Of a stretch of 64,000 nucleotides of DNA, positions 56,435 through 64,000 are shown piece after piece. The stretch lies in contig CAZMCO010000001.1 in the NCBI GenBank assembly GCA_964565215.1, forward strand, positions 2,025 through 66,024. Direction: 5' to 3'. A program made the position numbers and the translations under genes. A model generated the notes under the pieces. That model was not told the DNA's origin. It was given only the letters and a program-made list of their open reading frames with translations, and ran no database searches. Source of the stretch: an uncultured Candidatus Saccharibacteria bacterium. Its GTDB lineage: Bacteria > Patescibacteriota > Minisyncoccia > Portnoybacterales > UBA2143. The first letter of the stretch is position 1; every line of letters starts with the position of its first letter.

Positions 56435-58486
56435 TTACTTGGGCCATTCCTCAACCATTAAAAACTCTTTTTCCTTAAAGGGCAAGTTTTGATAAATTGA
56501 TTCAGTGACAAAAGGTAGAAAAGGATGGAGCAGTTTTAAAGAATTTAGGAGAACATAAGCTAAGACCTGCTTGCTTTGGTGAGTATCTTGTTTTTTAGAT
56601 GTTTCAATATATTTATCACAGAAATCATGCCAGAAAAAATCATAGAGTAAATGAGCCGCTTGACCAAAACGAAACTTTTCTAAATCAGTAGTTACTTTTT
56701 GGCTAGTCGTTTTTAATTGCTTAAGAATAGCTTTATCAACTTTAGTAAGTTTTTTTGGTAATTTAGTCATTGGGAATTTAGAAATTCCGATTTGCCTTAA
56801 GACAAATCGGCTGGCATTCCAAATTTTATTAGCGAATTTTTTACCCATAAGGATGTTTTCTTCAGAAAAGTGAATATCTTGGTTACTTAAGGCCTGATAA
56901 ATTAAGCCAAAACGAGTAGCATCAGCCCCGTATTGATTAACTAAATCTAAGGGGTCGCGACCAGTCCCTAGGGATTTACTCATTCGTTTGCCTTCTTTGG
57001 TTAAGATAGTCGCATGAATAACTACATCTTTAAAAGGTATTTTTTTAACTAGCTCTGAGCCAGAAAAAATCATTCGGGCCACCCAGAGATTAATAATGTC
57101 GCGGGCTGTCACCAGAGTATCAGTCGGGTAAAACCTTTGGAAATCTTTTGTTTTTTTAGGCCAGCCCAAAGTAGCCAAAGGCCATAAAGCCGAGGAAAAC
57201 CAAGTGTCTAAAACATCAGTTTCGTCTTTCAAGGGAATTTGATGACCCCACCAAATCTGTCGAGAGATACACCAATCCTTAATATTTTTTAGCCAGTCAA
57301 AATATACTTTTTCCCAGCGCTTAGGATGAAATTTAATTTGATCGTTTTTAACTGCCTTAATAGCTTGAGCGGCTAATTTGTCCATCTTAAGGAACCATTG
57401 CTGACTAAGAAGCGGTTCAATCATACTATGACAGCGATAGCAACGAGGAACCTGATGAGAATAATCTTCAATTTTTTCTAAGAGATTTTGGCTTTTTAAT
57501 TCTTCCACGACCTTTTGTCGAGCATCTGAAACAGTTAAACTGGCAAATTTTTGTCCAGCTTGTTTAGTCATCCGACCTTTATCGCTAATAACTTGGATAG
57601 AAGGCAGATTATGTCTTTGACCAATTTCGGCATCAACTGGTGAATGAGCTGGCGTAACTTTAACTGCTCCGGTGCCAAATTTTGGCTCAACTATTTTATC
57701 AGCCACAATGGGAATTTGGCGATTAACCAAAGGTAGAATTACTTCTTGACCAATTAAGTTTTTATATCTTTTATCTTGAGGATGAACAGCGACCGCTGTG
57801 TCGCCCAACATAGTTTCTGGCCTGGTGGTGGCGACAATAATATATTTTTTTTCTTCAGCCAACGGATACTTTATGTACCAAAGGTGAGTTTTCTCTTCCT
57901 GGTACTCTAATTCCAAGTCGGATAAACTGGTCTGACAGCGAGGACACCAATTAATCATTCTTTTCCCTTGATAAATCCAACCCTTTTTGTGGTAATACAA
58001 GAAAGCTGTCTTAACTGCTTCTTGATAGTCCTTATCCATAGTGAAAGAAGTCCGGCTCCAATCACAGGAACAGCCCAGTTTTTTCAATTGCTCTAAAATT
58101 AAATAACCATATTTTTTTTGCCAGTCCCAGACCCTTTTTAGAAATTTTTCTCGACCTAAATCATAACGAGTCAGCCCCTCTTTTTTTAGTTCTTTTTCAA
58201 CAACATTTTGGGTGGCAATACCAGCGTGGTCAGTACCAGGCAGCCATAAGGCCTGATAGCCCTGCATTCTTTTCCAGCGGATTAGAATATCCTGAATAAA
58301 AGCATTAAGAGCGTGTCCCATATGAAGTTCGCCAGTAACATTGGGCGGCGGGATGACAATACTGTATTTCTTAGCAGTTTTCTTAACTGGCAATTTATCC
58401 GGATTAAAATAACCCGATTTTTCCCAGACACGGTAAATTTTTTCTTCATTTTCTTTAGGATTATATGATTTAGGTAATTCTTCCAT
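56435..58486 (-). CDS. valS: Valyl-tRNA synthetase (compact, no C-terminal coiled coil)
   Basis: PPPNVTGELHMGH, DHAGIATQ, WCISRQ, RMSKS. Confidence 0.96.
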   Translation of the reverse strand: MEELPKSYNPKENEEKIYRVWEKSGYFNPDKLPVKKTAKKYSIVIPPPNVTGELHMGHALNAFIQDILIRWKRMQGYQALWLPGTDHAGIATQNVVEKELKKEGLTRYDLGREKFLKRVWDWQKKYGYLILEQLKKLGCSCDWSRTSFTMDKDYQEAVKTAFLYYHKKGWIYQGKRMINWCPRCQTSLSDLELEYQEEKTHLWYIKYPLAEEKKYIIVATTRPETMLGDTAVAVHPQDKRYKNLIGQEVILPLVNRQIPIVADKIVEPKFGTGAVKVTPAHSPVDAEIGQRHNLPSIQVISDKGRMTKQAGQKFASLTVSDARQKVVEELKSQNLLEKIEDYSHQVPRCYRCHSMIEPLLSQQWFLKMDKLAAQAIKAVKNDQIKFHPKRWEKVYFDWLKNIKDWCISRQIWWGHQIPLKDETDVLDTWFSSALWPLATLGWPKKTKDFQRFYPTDTLVTARDIINLWVARMIFSGSELVKKIPFKDVVIHATILTKEGKRMSKSLGTGRDPLDLVNQYGADATRFGLIYQALSNQDIHFSEENILMGKKFANKIWNASRFVLRQIGISKFPMTKLPKKLTKVDKAILKQLKTTSQKVTTDLEKFRFGQAAHLLYDFFWHDFCDKYIETSKKQDTHQSKQVLAYVLLNSLKLLHPFLPFVTESIYQNLPFKEKEFLMVEEWPK

Positions 58487-58490
58487 TAAT

Positions 58491-59321
58491 TTAATTAAGA
58501 AGTTTATTTATATATAAATGAACGCATTCTTCTAAAACTTCTTCTATTTTTCTTACTTTAAAGCCGGTTTTTTCTAATTTTTTAGTAGATAAAATTAAGT
58601 TGGTTCTAGTTAATCCTAATTTTTTCTGGTCTATAATTTTATAATCAAAATCAGGAACATATTTTTTATAGACGCTTAGAAGCACTGGATATCTTAATCC
58701 GTTTTTGTTAACAATGTTATATGTTCCTTTGGCGTTGATTTTTATTAGATATTTTAATGCTTTTATAAAATCAGGAATATAGGTAATGGAATTAGGAATA
58801 TCAATAACTGCTTTGTATTTGATAAGTTTATTGAGAAGATTTTTGGGATGGGGCTGATTATCTAAGGGAATTCTGATTTTGGCAATTAAAACATTAGATT
58901 TAGTAGGGAAATTTTCTAAAGCTTTTTCAGAATAGATTTTAGTCCGGCTATAGAATAAATCAAAAAAATCAGCTGCTTTTCCTTCTTTTATGGGTCTGTC
59001 TTGAGAATAATTAAAATGATAAATACAACCGCTACTGATATGAATTAGTTTAATTTTGTTTCTAAAGGCAGTTTCAGCTAATATGATTGGCACAAAACTA
59101 TTGGCAAAAATGGTTTTGTCTTTATCTAATTCACAATCATCCACATTACTTTTTCCAGTAGAGCCAATACAATTTATTATAATTTTGGGCTTATGCTTTT
59201 TTATTTCTTGGTCTGCATCCTTTAGGGAGAGTATTTTTTTATTAGAGATGTTACAATGAAAAGCATTTTGTAGCCGTTGGCCAATAAATCCTTTGCCAAA
59301 AATAAGAATTTTGCTTATCAT
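58491..59321 (-). CDS. NDP-sugar 3,5-epimerase/4-reductase (RmlD fold, NRS/ER-like)
   Basis: G.GFIG, GSTGKSNVDDCE, SSGCIY, YSRTK, IPNSIT. Confidence 0.75.
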   Translation of the reverse strand: MISKILIFGKGFIGQRLQNAFHCNISNKKILSLKDADQEIKKHKPKIIINCIGSTGKSNVDDCELDKDKTIFANSFVPIILAETAFRNKIKLIHISSGCIYHFNYSQDRPIKEGKAADFFDLFYSRTKIYSEKALENFPTKSNVLIAKIRIPLDNQPHPKNLLNKLIKYKAVIDIPNSITYIPDFIKALKYLIKINAKGTYNIVNKNGLRYPVLLSVYKKYVPDFDYKIIDQKKLGLTRTNLILSTKKLEKTGFKVRKIEEVLEECVHLYINKLLN

Positions 59322-59351
59322 ATTATTATATTTATAACAAAAATTATTGCT

Positions 59352-60356
59352 TTAGGCAACTAATCTTAAGTTGGCCTCAGCTTCAATTTTAGACCAACTT
59401 TGTTTTGAAATTGGCTTTTTTTGATAAAAAGCCGCAGCGGCAATCATAGCTGCGTTGTCAGTACAAAGTTTTGGCTCAGGAATATAGAATTTAGAATTAG
59501 GCAATTCTTTTTTAATTACTTGAGTCATTTGCTGACGCAGTTCCTGATTAGCGGCCACTCCGCCAGAAAGCATCACGGTTTTCACTTTATATTCTTTAGC
59601 TGCTTTAATAGTTTTACTAATTAAAACATCAATGACTGCCTGCTGAAATGAAGCGGACATATCATTAACATTGGGTTTTCCTTTTTTAACTTTATAAAGC
59701 ACGGCTGTTTTTAAACCAGAAAAAGAAAAATCAAAATCTTTAGAATTAATCATTGGCCGAGGTAAATCAAAAGATTGTGGATCGCCTTTTTGAGCTTTTT
59801 GAGAAATAATTGGTCCGCCCGGATAACCGAGATTCAATAATTTAGCCACTTTATCAAAGGCCTCACCAGCTGCATCATCTCGCGTTTCTCCCAATAATTT
59901 ATATTTCCCATGACCTTTCATCAAAATTAATTGCGTATGTCCGCCAGAAACAACTAAACAGATAGCTGGAAAATCTATCTTGGGATTAATCAACCAGTTA
60001 GCATAGATATGTCCCTCAAGATGGTTAATCTCCACAATCGGTTTTTGCCAAGCATAAGCCAAGGCCTCGGCAAAATTAATTCCCACTAAAAGAGAAGGAA
60101 TTAAACCTGGTTTAATAGTCACGGCGATTAAATCAATTTTCGGATTGCCGGCCAGCTTTAATGCTTTTTCTAAACAAGGTTTAATATTTTCTAAATGGGC
60201 TCGGGCGGCTAAATTAGGCACTATTCCGCCATAAGGCGCATGAATTTTTATTTGCGAGGAAACAACATTGGATAAAATTTTAAGACCTTTTGAGTTTTTC
60301 TCAATTAAGGCAATGCCTGTATCATCGCAAGATGTCTCAATACTTAAGATAATCAT
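59352..60356 (-). CDS. tsaD: tRNA t6A synthesis protein TsaD
   Basis: IETSCDDT, NHLEGH, VSGGHT, DDAAGEAFDK, TDNAAMI. Confidence 0.97.
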   Translation of the reverse strand: MIILSIETSCDDTGIALIEKNSKGLKILSNVVSSQIKIHAPYGGIVPNLAARAHLENIKPCLEKALKLAGNPKIDLIAVTIKPGLIPSLLVGINFAEALAYAWQKPIVEINHLEGHIYANWLINPKIDFPAICLVVSGGHTQLILMKGHGKYKLLGETRDDAAGEAFDKVAKLLNLGYPGGPIISQKAQKGDPQSFDLPRPMINSKDFDFSFSGLKTAVLYKVKKGKPNVNDMSASFQQAVIDVLISKTIKAAKEYKVKTVMLSGGVAANQELRQQMTQVIKKELPNSKFYIPEPKLCTDNAAMIAAAAFYQKKPISKQSWSKIEAEANLRLVA

Positions 60357-60397
60357 ACTTTACAAATCATAACTTAAGCTGTACCATAAGACAAGCT

Positions 60398-60472
60398 GGC
60401 CCCGTCGTCTAGTGGTTAGGACGTCAGATTTTCAATCTGATAACAGGAGTTCGATTCTCCTCGGGGCTACCA
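60398..60472 (+). tRNA. tRNA-Glu(TTC)
   Basis: GGCCCCG/CGGGGCT-A-CCA, loop TTTTCAA. Confidence 0.93.
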
Positions 60473-60476
60473 AGTT

Positions 60477-62051
60477 ATGCTTCCCAAGGAAAAATATTAT
60501 TTAAAGCTGGGTAAGGCGACTGATTTAAAAAGCCCGAAAGAGAGATGGCTCTATCGGGCTTTTGAGATTTTACCCGGTGCTTTGGCTTGGTTAACGCTTT
60601 TAAGTATTATTTTTCTATCTTGGCTCAAGCCAATTTGGATAGCCCTTTTTATTATTGGTTTTGATGTCTATTGGCTGCTTAAGACCATTTATTTTTCCTT
60701 TCATTTAAGAGCTGGTTACAATCAAATGAAAAAACAAATGGCTATTGACTGGCTGGAAAAACTAAAATCGCTGACTAATCAAGATTGGCAGAAAATTCAT
60801 CATTTGATTATCTTACCTATGTATCAAGAATCTTTGACTGTGATTAAATCAACTTTACAGGCAATTGTTAATTCTACTTATCCCAAGAATAAAATGATTG
60901 TTGTTTTGGCTACTGAAGAACGAGCTGGCCAAGCAGCTCAAAAAACAGCTCAAACTATTAAAAAAGAATTCGGTCAATATTTTTACAAGTTCCTGATTAC
61001 GGTTCATCCTCAGGACATTGTTGGAGAACTGGCTGGCAAGGGCGCTAATTCTACTTGGGCAGCCAGACAGGTCAAAAAAGAAATTATTGATCCTCTCAAA
61101 ATTCCCTATCAAGATATTATTGTTTCCTGTTTTGATATTGATACCCAAGTTTATCCTCAATATTTTTCCTGTTTAGCTTATTATTATTTAACTACTGAAG
61201 AACCAACCAAGACCAGCTATCAACCGATTCCTATTTATAATAATAATATTTGGCAGGCCCCTTGTCTTTCCCGAGTAGTAGCTAGTTCGGGAACTTTTTG
61301 GCAAATGATGCAGCAACAGAGGCCCGAACGGCTTTCCACTTTTTCATCTCAATCAATTAGTTTCCAGGCATTATTTGAAGTGGATTTTTGGCCAACTAAT
61401 ATGGTTTCCGAGGACTCCCGTATTTTCTGGCAGAATTTACTTTTTTACAATGGTCATTACCGGACCATCCCTCTTCATTACCCGGTTTCTATGGATGCTA
61501 ATTTAGCCCCGACTTTTTTTAAGACAGCTCTTAATATTTACAAACAGCAGAGACGCTGGGGCTGGGGAGTAGAAAATATCCCCTTTTTATTTTTTGGTTT
61601 TTGGAAGAATAGAAAGATTCCTTGGTCAAAGAAATTTCATTGGATTTGGATTCAGTTAGAGGGTTTTTGGTCCTGGGCAACTAATGCCCTGCTTATTTTT
61701 CTTCTTGGCTGGTTGCCTTTATTTTTAGGCGGTCAGAAGTTTAATGTCACTCTTTTATCCTATAATCTACCCCGTGTCACCCGGACTTTAATGACTTTAG
61801 CCATGATCGGTTTAGTTGGTTCAGCTATTTATAGTACTTTACTTTTGCCGCGATGGCCTAAAGAATATAGTTTGATTAGAGTGCCTTTGAAATATTTAGG
61901 AGTAATTATTCAGTGGATTTTACTGCCTTTTACTATTCTTATTTTCGGCTGTTTGCCTGGTTTAGACAGTCAGACCAGATTAATGCTGGGTAAGTATATG
62001 GGTTTTTGGGTTACTCCTAAAAAGGGTATGCATTTTAAGGACGCGCCTTAA
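60477..62051 (+). CDS. Membrane GT2 processive glycosyltransferase
   Basis: GKGAN, DID, SEDS and QQRRW motifs with TMs. Confidence 0.85.
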   Translation: MLPKEKYYLKLGKATDLKSPKERWLYRAFEILPGALAWLTLLSIIFLSWLKPIWIALFIIGFDVYWLLKTIYFSFHLRAGYNQMKKQMAIDWLEKLKSLTNQDWQKIHHLIILPMYQESLTVIKSTLQAIVNSTYPKNKMIVVLATEERAGQAAQKTAQTIKKEFGQYFYKFLITVHPQDIVGELAGKGANSTWAARQVKKEIIDPLKIPYQDIIVSCFDIDTQVYPQYFSCLAYYYLTTEEPTKTSYQPIPIYNNNIWQAPCLSRVVASSGTFWQMMQQQRPERLSTFSSQSISFQALFEVDFWPTNMVSEDSRIFWQNLLFYNGHYRTIPLHYPVSMDANLAPTFFKTALNIYKQQRRWGWGVENIPFLFFGFWKNRKIPWSKKFHWIWIQLEGFWSWATNALLIFLLGWLPLFLGGQKFNVTLLSYNLPRVTRTLMTLAMIGLVGSAIYSTLLLPRWPKEYSLIRVPLKYLGVIIQWILLPFTILIFGCLPGLDSQTRLMLGKYMGFWVTPKKGMHFKDAP

Positions 62052-62071
62052 ATGTAGAACCTTTTTAAAGA

Positions 62072-62157
62072 AAAAAGCCGAGAATAGAAAGATTATTAGA
62101 TCTATTCCCGGCTAATGGCAGGACACAGCAAGTTTTATTGCTGTTATCTCCTTGCCT
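62072..62157. terminator. Two tandem hairpins between convergent genes
   Basis: AGCCGAGAATAGA...TCTATTCCCGGCT and GGCAGGA..CAGCAA...TTGCTG..TCCTTGCC. Confidence 0.6.
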
Positions 62158-62170
62158 AATGAGCGAGCTC

Positions 62171-62548
62171 TTAAGAAACGGCGCCCACTCGACCATTAGA
62201 CAAAAAAGTTTTACAAAGAACGCAATTCTTGGCCCAAGGAATTGCTGCCAAGCGTCCTAAAGGGATTTGTTCTCCGCAGTTTAGACAAACTCCATAAGTG
62301 CCTTGGTTTACTCTTTCTATGGCTTCGTTGAGATTCCAGATACATTTTCTAAGATTTTCCAATCTGTTGCCATTGACACTTAGAGTTATAGACTCAGCTA
62401 TATGACTTTTGGTACTTTCGCGATTATTCGTGCTAATTTCTTCCCTGAACGATTTTTGTGTTCTAAGAAGTTTTCCCTCAAATTCTTCTCTTTGCTGTCT
62501 TAACATCTTTCTTATTCTTTCTTTTGTCTGTTCATTCATTTTCTGCAT
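62171..62548 (-). CDS. DksA/TraR C4-type zinc-finger protein
   Basis: AIERVNQGTYGVCLNCGEQIP..RL.AIPWA..CVLC; own promoter and SD AGGAGG. Confidence 0.88.
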   Translation of the reverse strand: MQKMNEQTKERIRKMLRQQREEFEGKLLRTQKSFREEISTNNRESTKSHIAESITLSVNGNRLENLRKCIWNLNEAIERVNQGTYGVCLNCGEQIPLGRLAAIPWAKNCVLCKTFLSNGRVGAVS

Positions 62549-62617
62549 TTACGCCTCCTATTTTAAATTGTTAATCTTCTAATATAAGTTTAGCTCAATA
62601 AATCGCTTTTGTCAAGG

Positions 62618-64000
62618 TTATTCCAAGTGGATATTTTTTTGGAATTGTTTAAGTTTTTCTTTCAAAGTTGAATTAATAAGATTATTTTCTAAAGTTTTTT
62701 GAGCTGCTTGGCGGCTTTTTTGAATTAGAGTTAGATTATTTAAAGAAGCCATGGTTAAATCAGGCAGTCCCCATTGACGAATGCCGCTAAAATTACCTGG
62801 CCCGCGAATCTTAAGGTCTTTTTCAGCTAATTTAAAACCATCGTCAGTTGTTAAAACCGCTTTTAATCTTTGATGGGTTTTTTTAGCTGGGGAGTCGGTA
62901 AAAAGGAAGCAATAGGACTGTTCTTTGCCTCGGCCAATCCGGCCGCGAAATTGATGAAGCTGGGCTAAGCCAAATCGGTCGGCTCCTTCAATCATCATGA
63001 CGGTAGCTGTCGGCACATCAATACCTACTTCGACCACCGAAGTAGAAACTAAAATATCTATTTTTCCTTCTTTAAATTTTTTCATAATTTCTTCTTTTTC
63101 TTTTGGCTTGAGCTTACCATGAAGCATAGCAATTTTTAATTGAGGAAAAACTTTTTCAGATAATTTTTCGTATTCCTGGTTAACTGATTTGACAGATAAC
63201 TTATCCGATTCATCAATCAGCGGGCAAATAACAAAAACCTGCTTTTTTTGTTTGACTTGTTTTTTAATGAAATCATAGGTCTTTTGCCGGCCAATCGGGG
63301 CAACAATTTTAGTGATAATTTTTTGCCGGCCTTTGGGCATTTCTTTAAGTAAGGAAATATCAAGATCGCCGTAAATGGTTAAAGCCAAGGTGCGGGGAAT
63401 GGGCGTGGCCGTCATAGAGAGTAAATGGGGGATAGTTTTTTCCTGAAGAGCCGCTCGCTGGGCCACTCCAAAACGATGCTGTTCATCAACAATAGCCAAG
63501 GCCAGATTGTCAAATTTAACATTTTTTTGAATTAAAGCATGTGTGCCAATAATTATATCTATTTTTTTATCAATCTTTAGTTTATTACTGCTGGTCAATA
63601 AGCCAACTTTTATTTTTTCTTTTTCTAAAAAATTTTTAAATGTTTCAAAATGCTGTTTGGCTAAGACCTCGGTTGGGACCATCAAAGCGACTTGATAACC
63701 AGCCTTAGCTACTGCCAGACCAGCCATCATGGCGACAACTGTTTTACCTGAACCAACATCACCATCAAGCAAACGGTTCATCGGTCTATCTTTAACTAAA
63801 TCCTGAAAAATCTGCCAAGCGGCTTTTCGTTGGTCGTCGGTTAATTTAAAAGGCAGGCCTTTGACAAAGGATTTGATTAGTTCTGTCTCAAAGGGGATAA
63901 TTGGCGCTTTTTCTTGGTTTAATTTTTGTTTTTGTTTGAGAGTAGTTAAATGAATTAAAAAAAGTTCGTCAAACCCCAAACGATAACGAGCTGCTTCAGC
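62618..64000 (-). CDS. recG: ATP-dependent DNA helicase RecG (5'-truncated by window)
   Basis: GDVGSGKT, DEQHRFG, MTATPIPRT, QLHQFRGRIGRG, RGPG. Confidence 0.96.
   Translation of the reverse strand, partial: AEAARYRLGFDELFLIHLTTLKQKQKLNQEKAPIIPFETELIKSFVKGLPFKLTDDQRKAAWQIFQDLVKDRPMNRLLDGDVGSGKTVVAMMAGLAVAKAGYQVALMVPTEVLAKQHFETFKNFLEKEKIKVGLLTSSNKLKIDKKIDIIIGTHALIQKNVKFDNLALAIVDEQHRFGVAQRAALQEKTIPHLLSMTATPIPRTLALTIYGDLDISLLKEMPKGRQKIITKIVAPIGRQKTYDFIKKQVKQKKQVFVICPLIDESDKLSVKSVNQEYEKLSEKVFPQLKIAMLHGKLKPKEKEEIMKKFKEGKIDILVSTSVVEVGIDVPTATVMMIEGADRFGLAQLHQFRGRIGRGKEQSYCFLFTDSPAKKTHQRLKAVLTTDDGFKLAEKDLKIRGPGNFSGIRQWGLPDLTMASLNNLTLIQKSRQAAQKTLENNLINSTLKEKLKQFQKNIHLE

Overview
This AT-rich, densely packed chromosomal segment uses standard code 11. 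Gene content points to a Patescibacteria (CPR, Parcubacteria/Paceibacteria-like) genome; this is inferred from the short IF2 and S1, split ComEC, VirB2-like pilin cluster, tRNA-Ile(UAU) and absence of core biosynthetic pathways. It carries about 68 CDS, mostly translation, DNA handling, division and envelope genes (metG end, tatD, leuS, parAB, rel, topA, dprA, hisS, ftsAZ, nrdJ-cobO-comEC-ndk, infB, ftsH, gyrA, valS, tsaD, recG end), plus 16 tRNAs. Highlights: (1) a 3.25-kb integrase-less defence cassette (DUF4238 + DNA MTase + PD-(D/E)xK nuclease) at the tRNA-Ser(CGA) 3' end, with an 8-bp core duplication, inverted-repeat arms and a possible orphan recombinase C-terminus; (2) two apparent gene-expression grammars: leaderless housekeeping genes versus stand-alone accessory genes with promoter + boxA-like GTTCTTTAA + strong SD + terminator; (3) a 140-nt rod-like structured RNA behind a consensus promoter; (4) mitochondrion-like tRNA punctuation of mRNAs; (5) a hydrolase-dead Rel paired divergently with a Nudix enzyme; (6) a hidden membrane-protein gene with an AUA/AUU start; (7) non-canonical tRNAs and a pseudoknot-capable tRNA spacer. 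All calls were made by eye; no searches were run.
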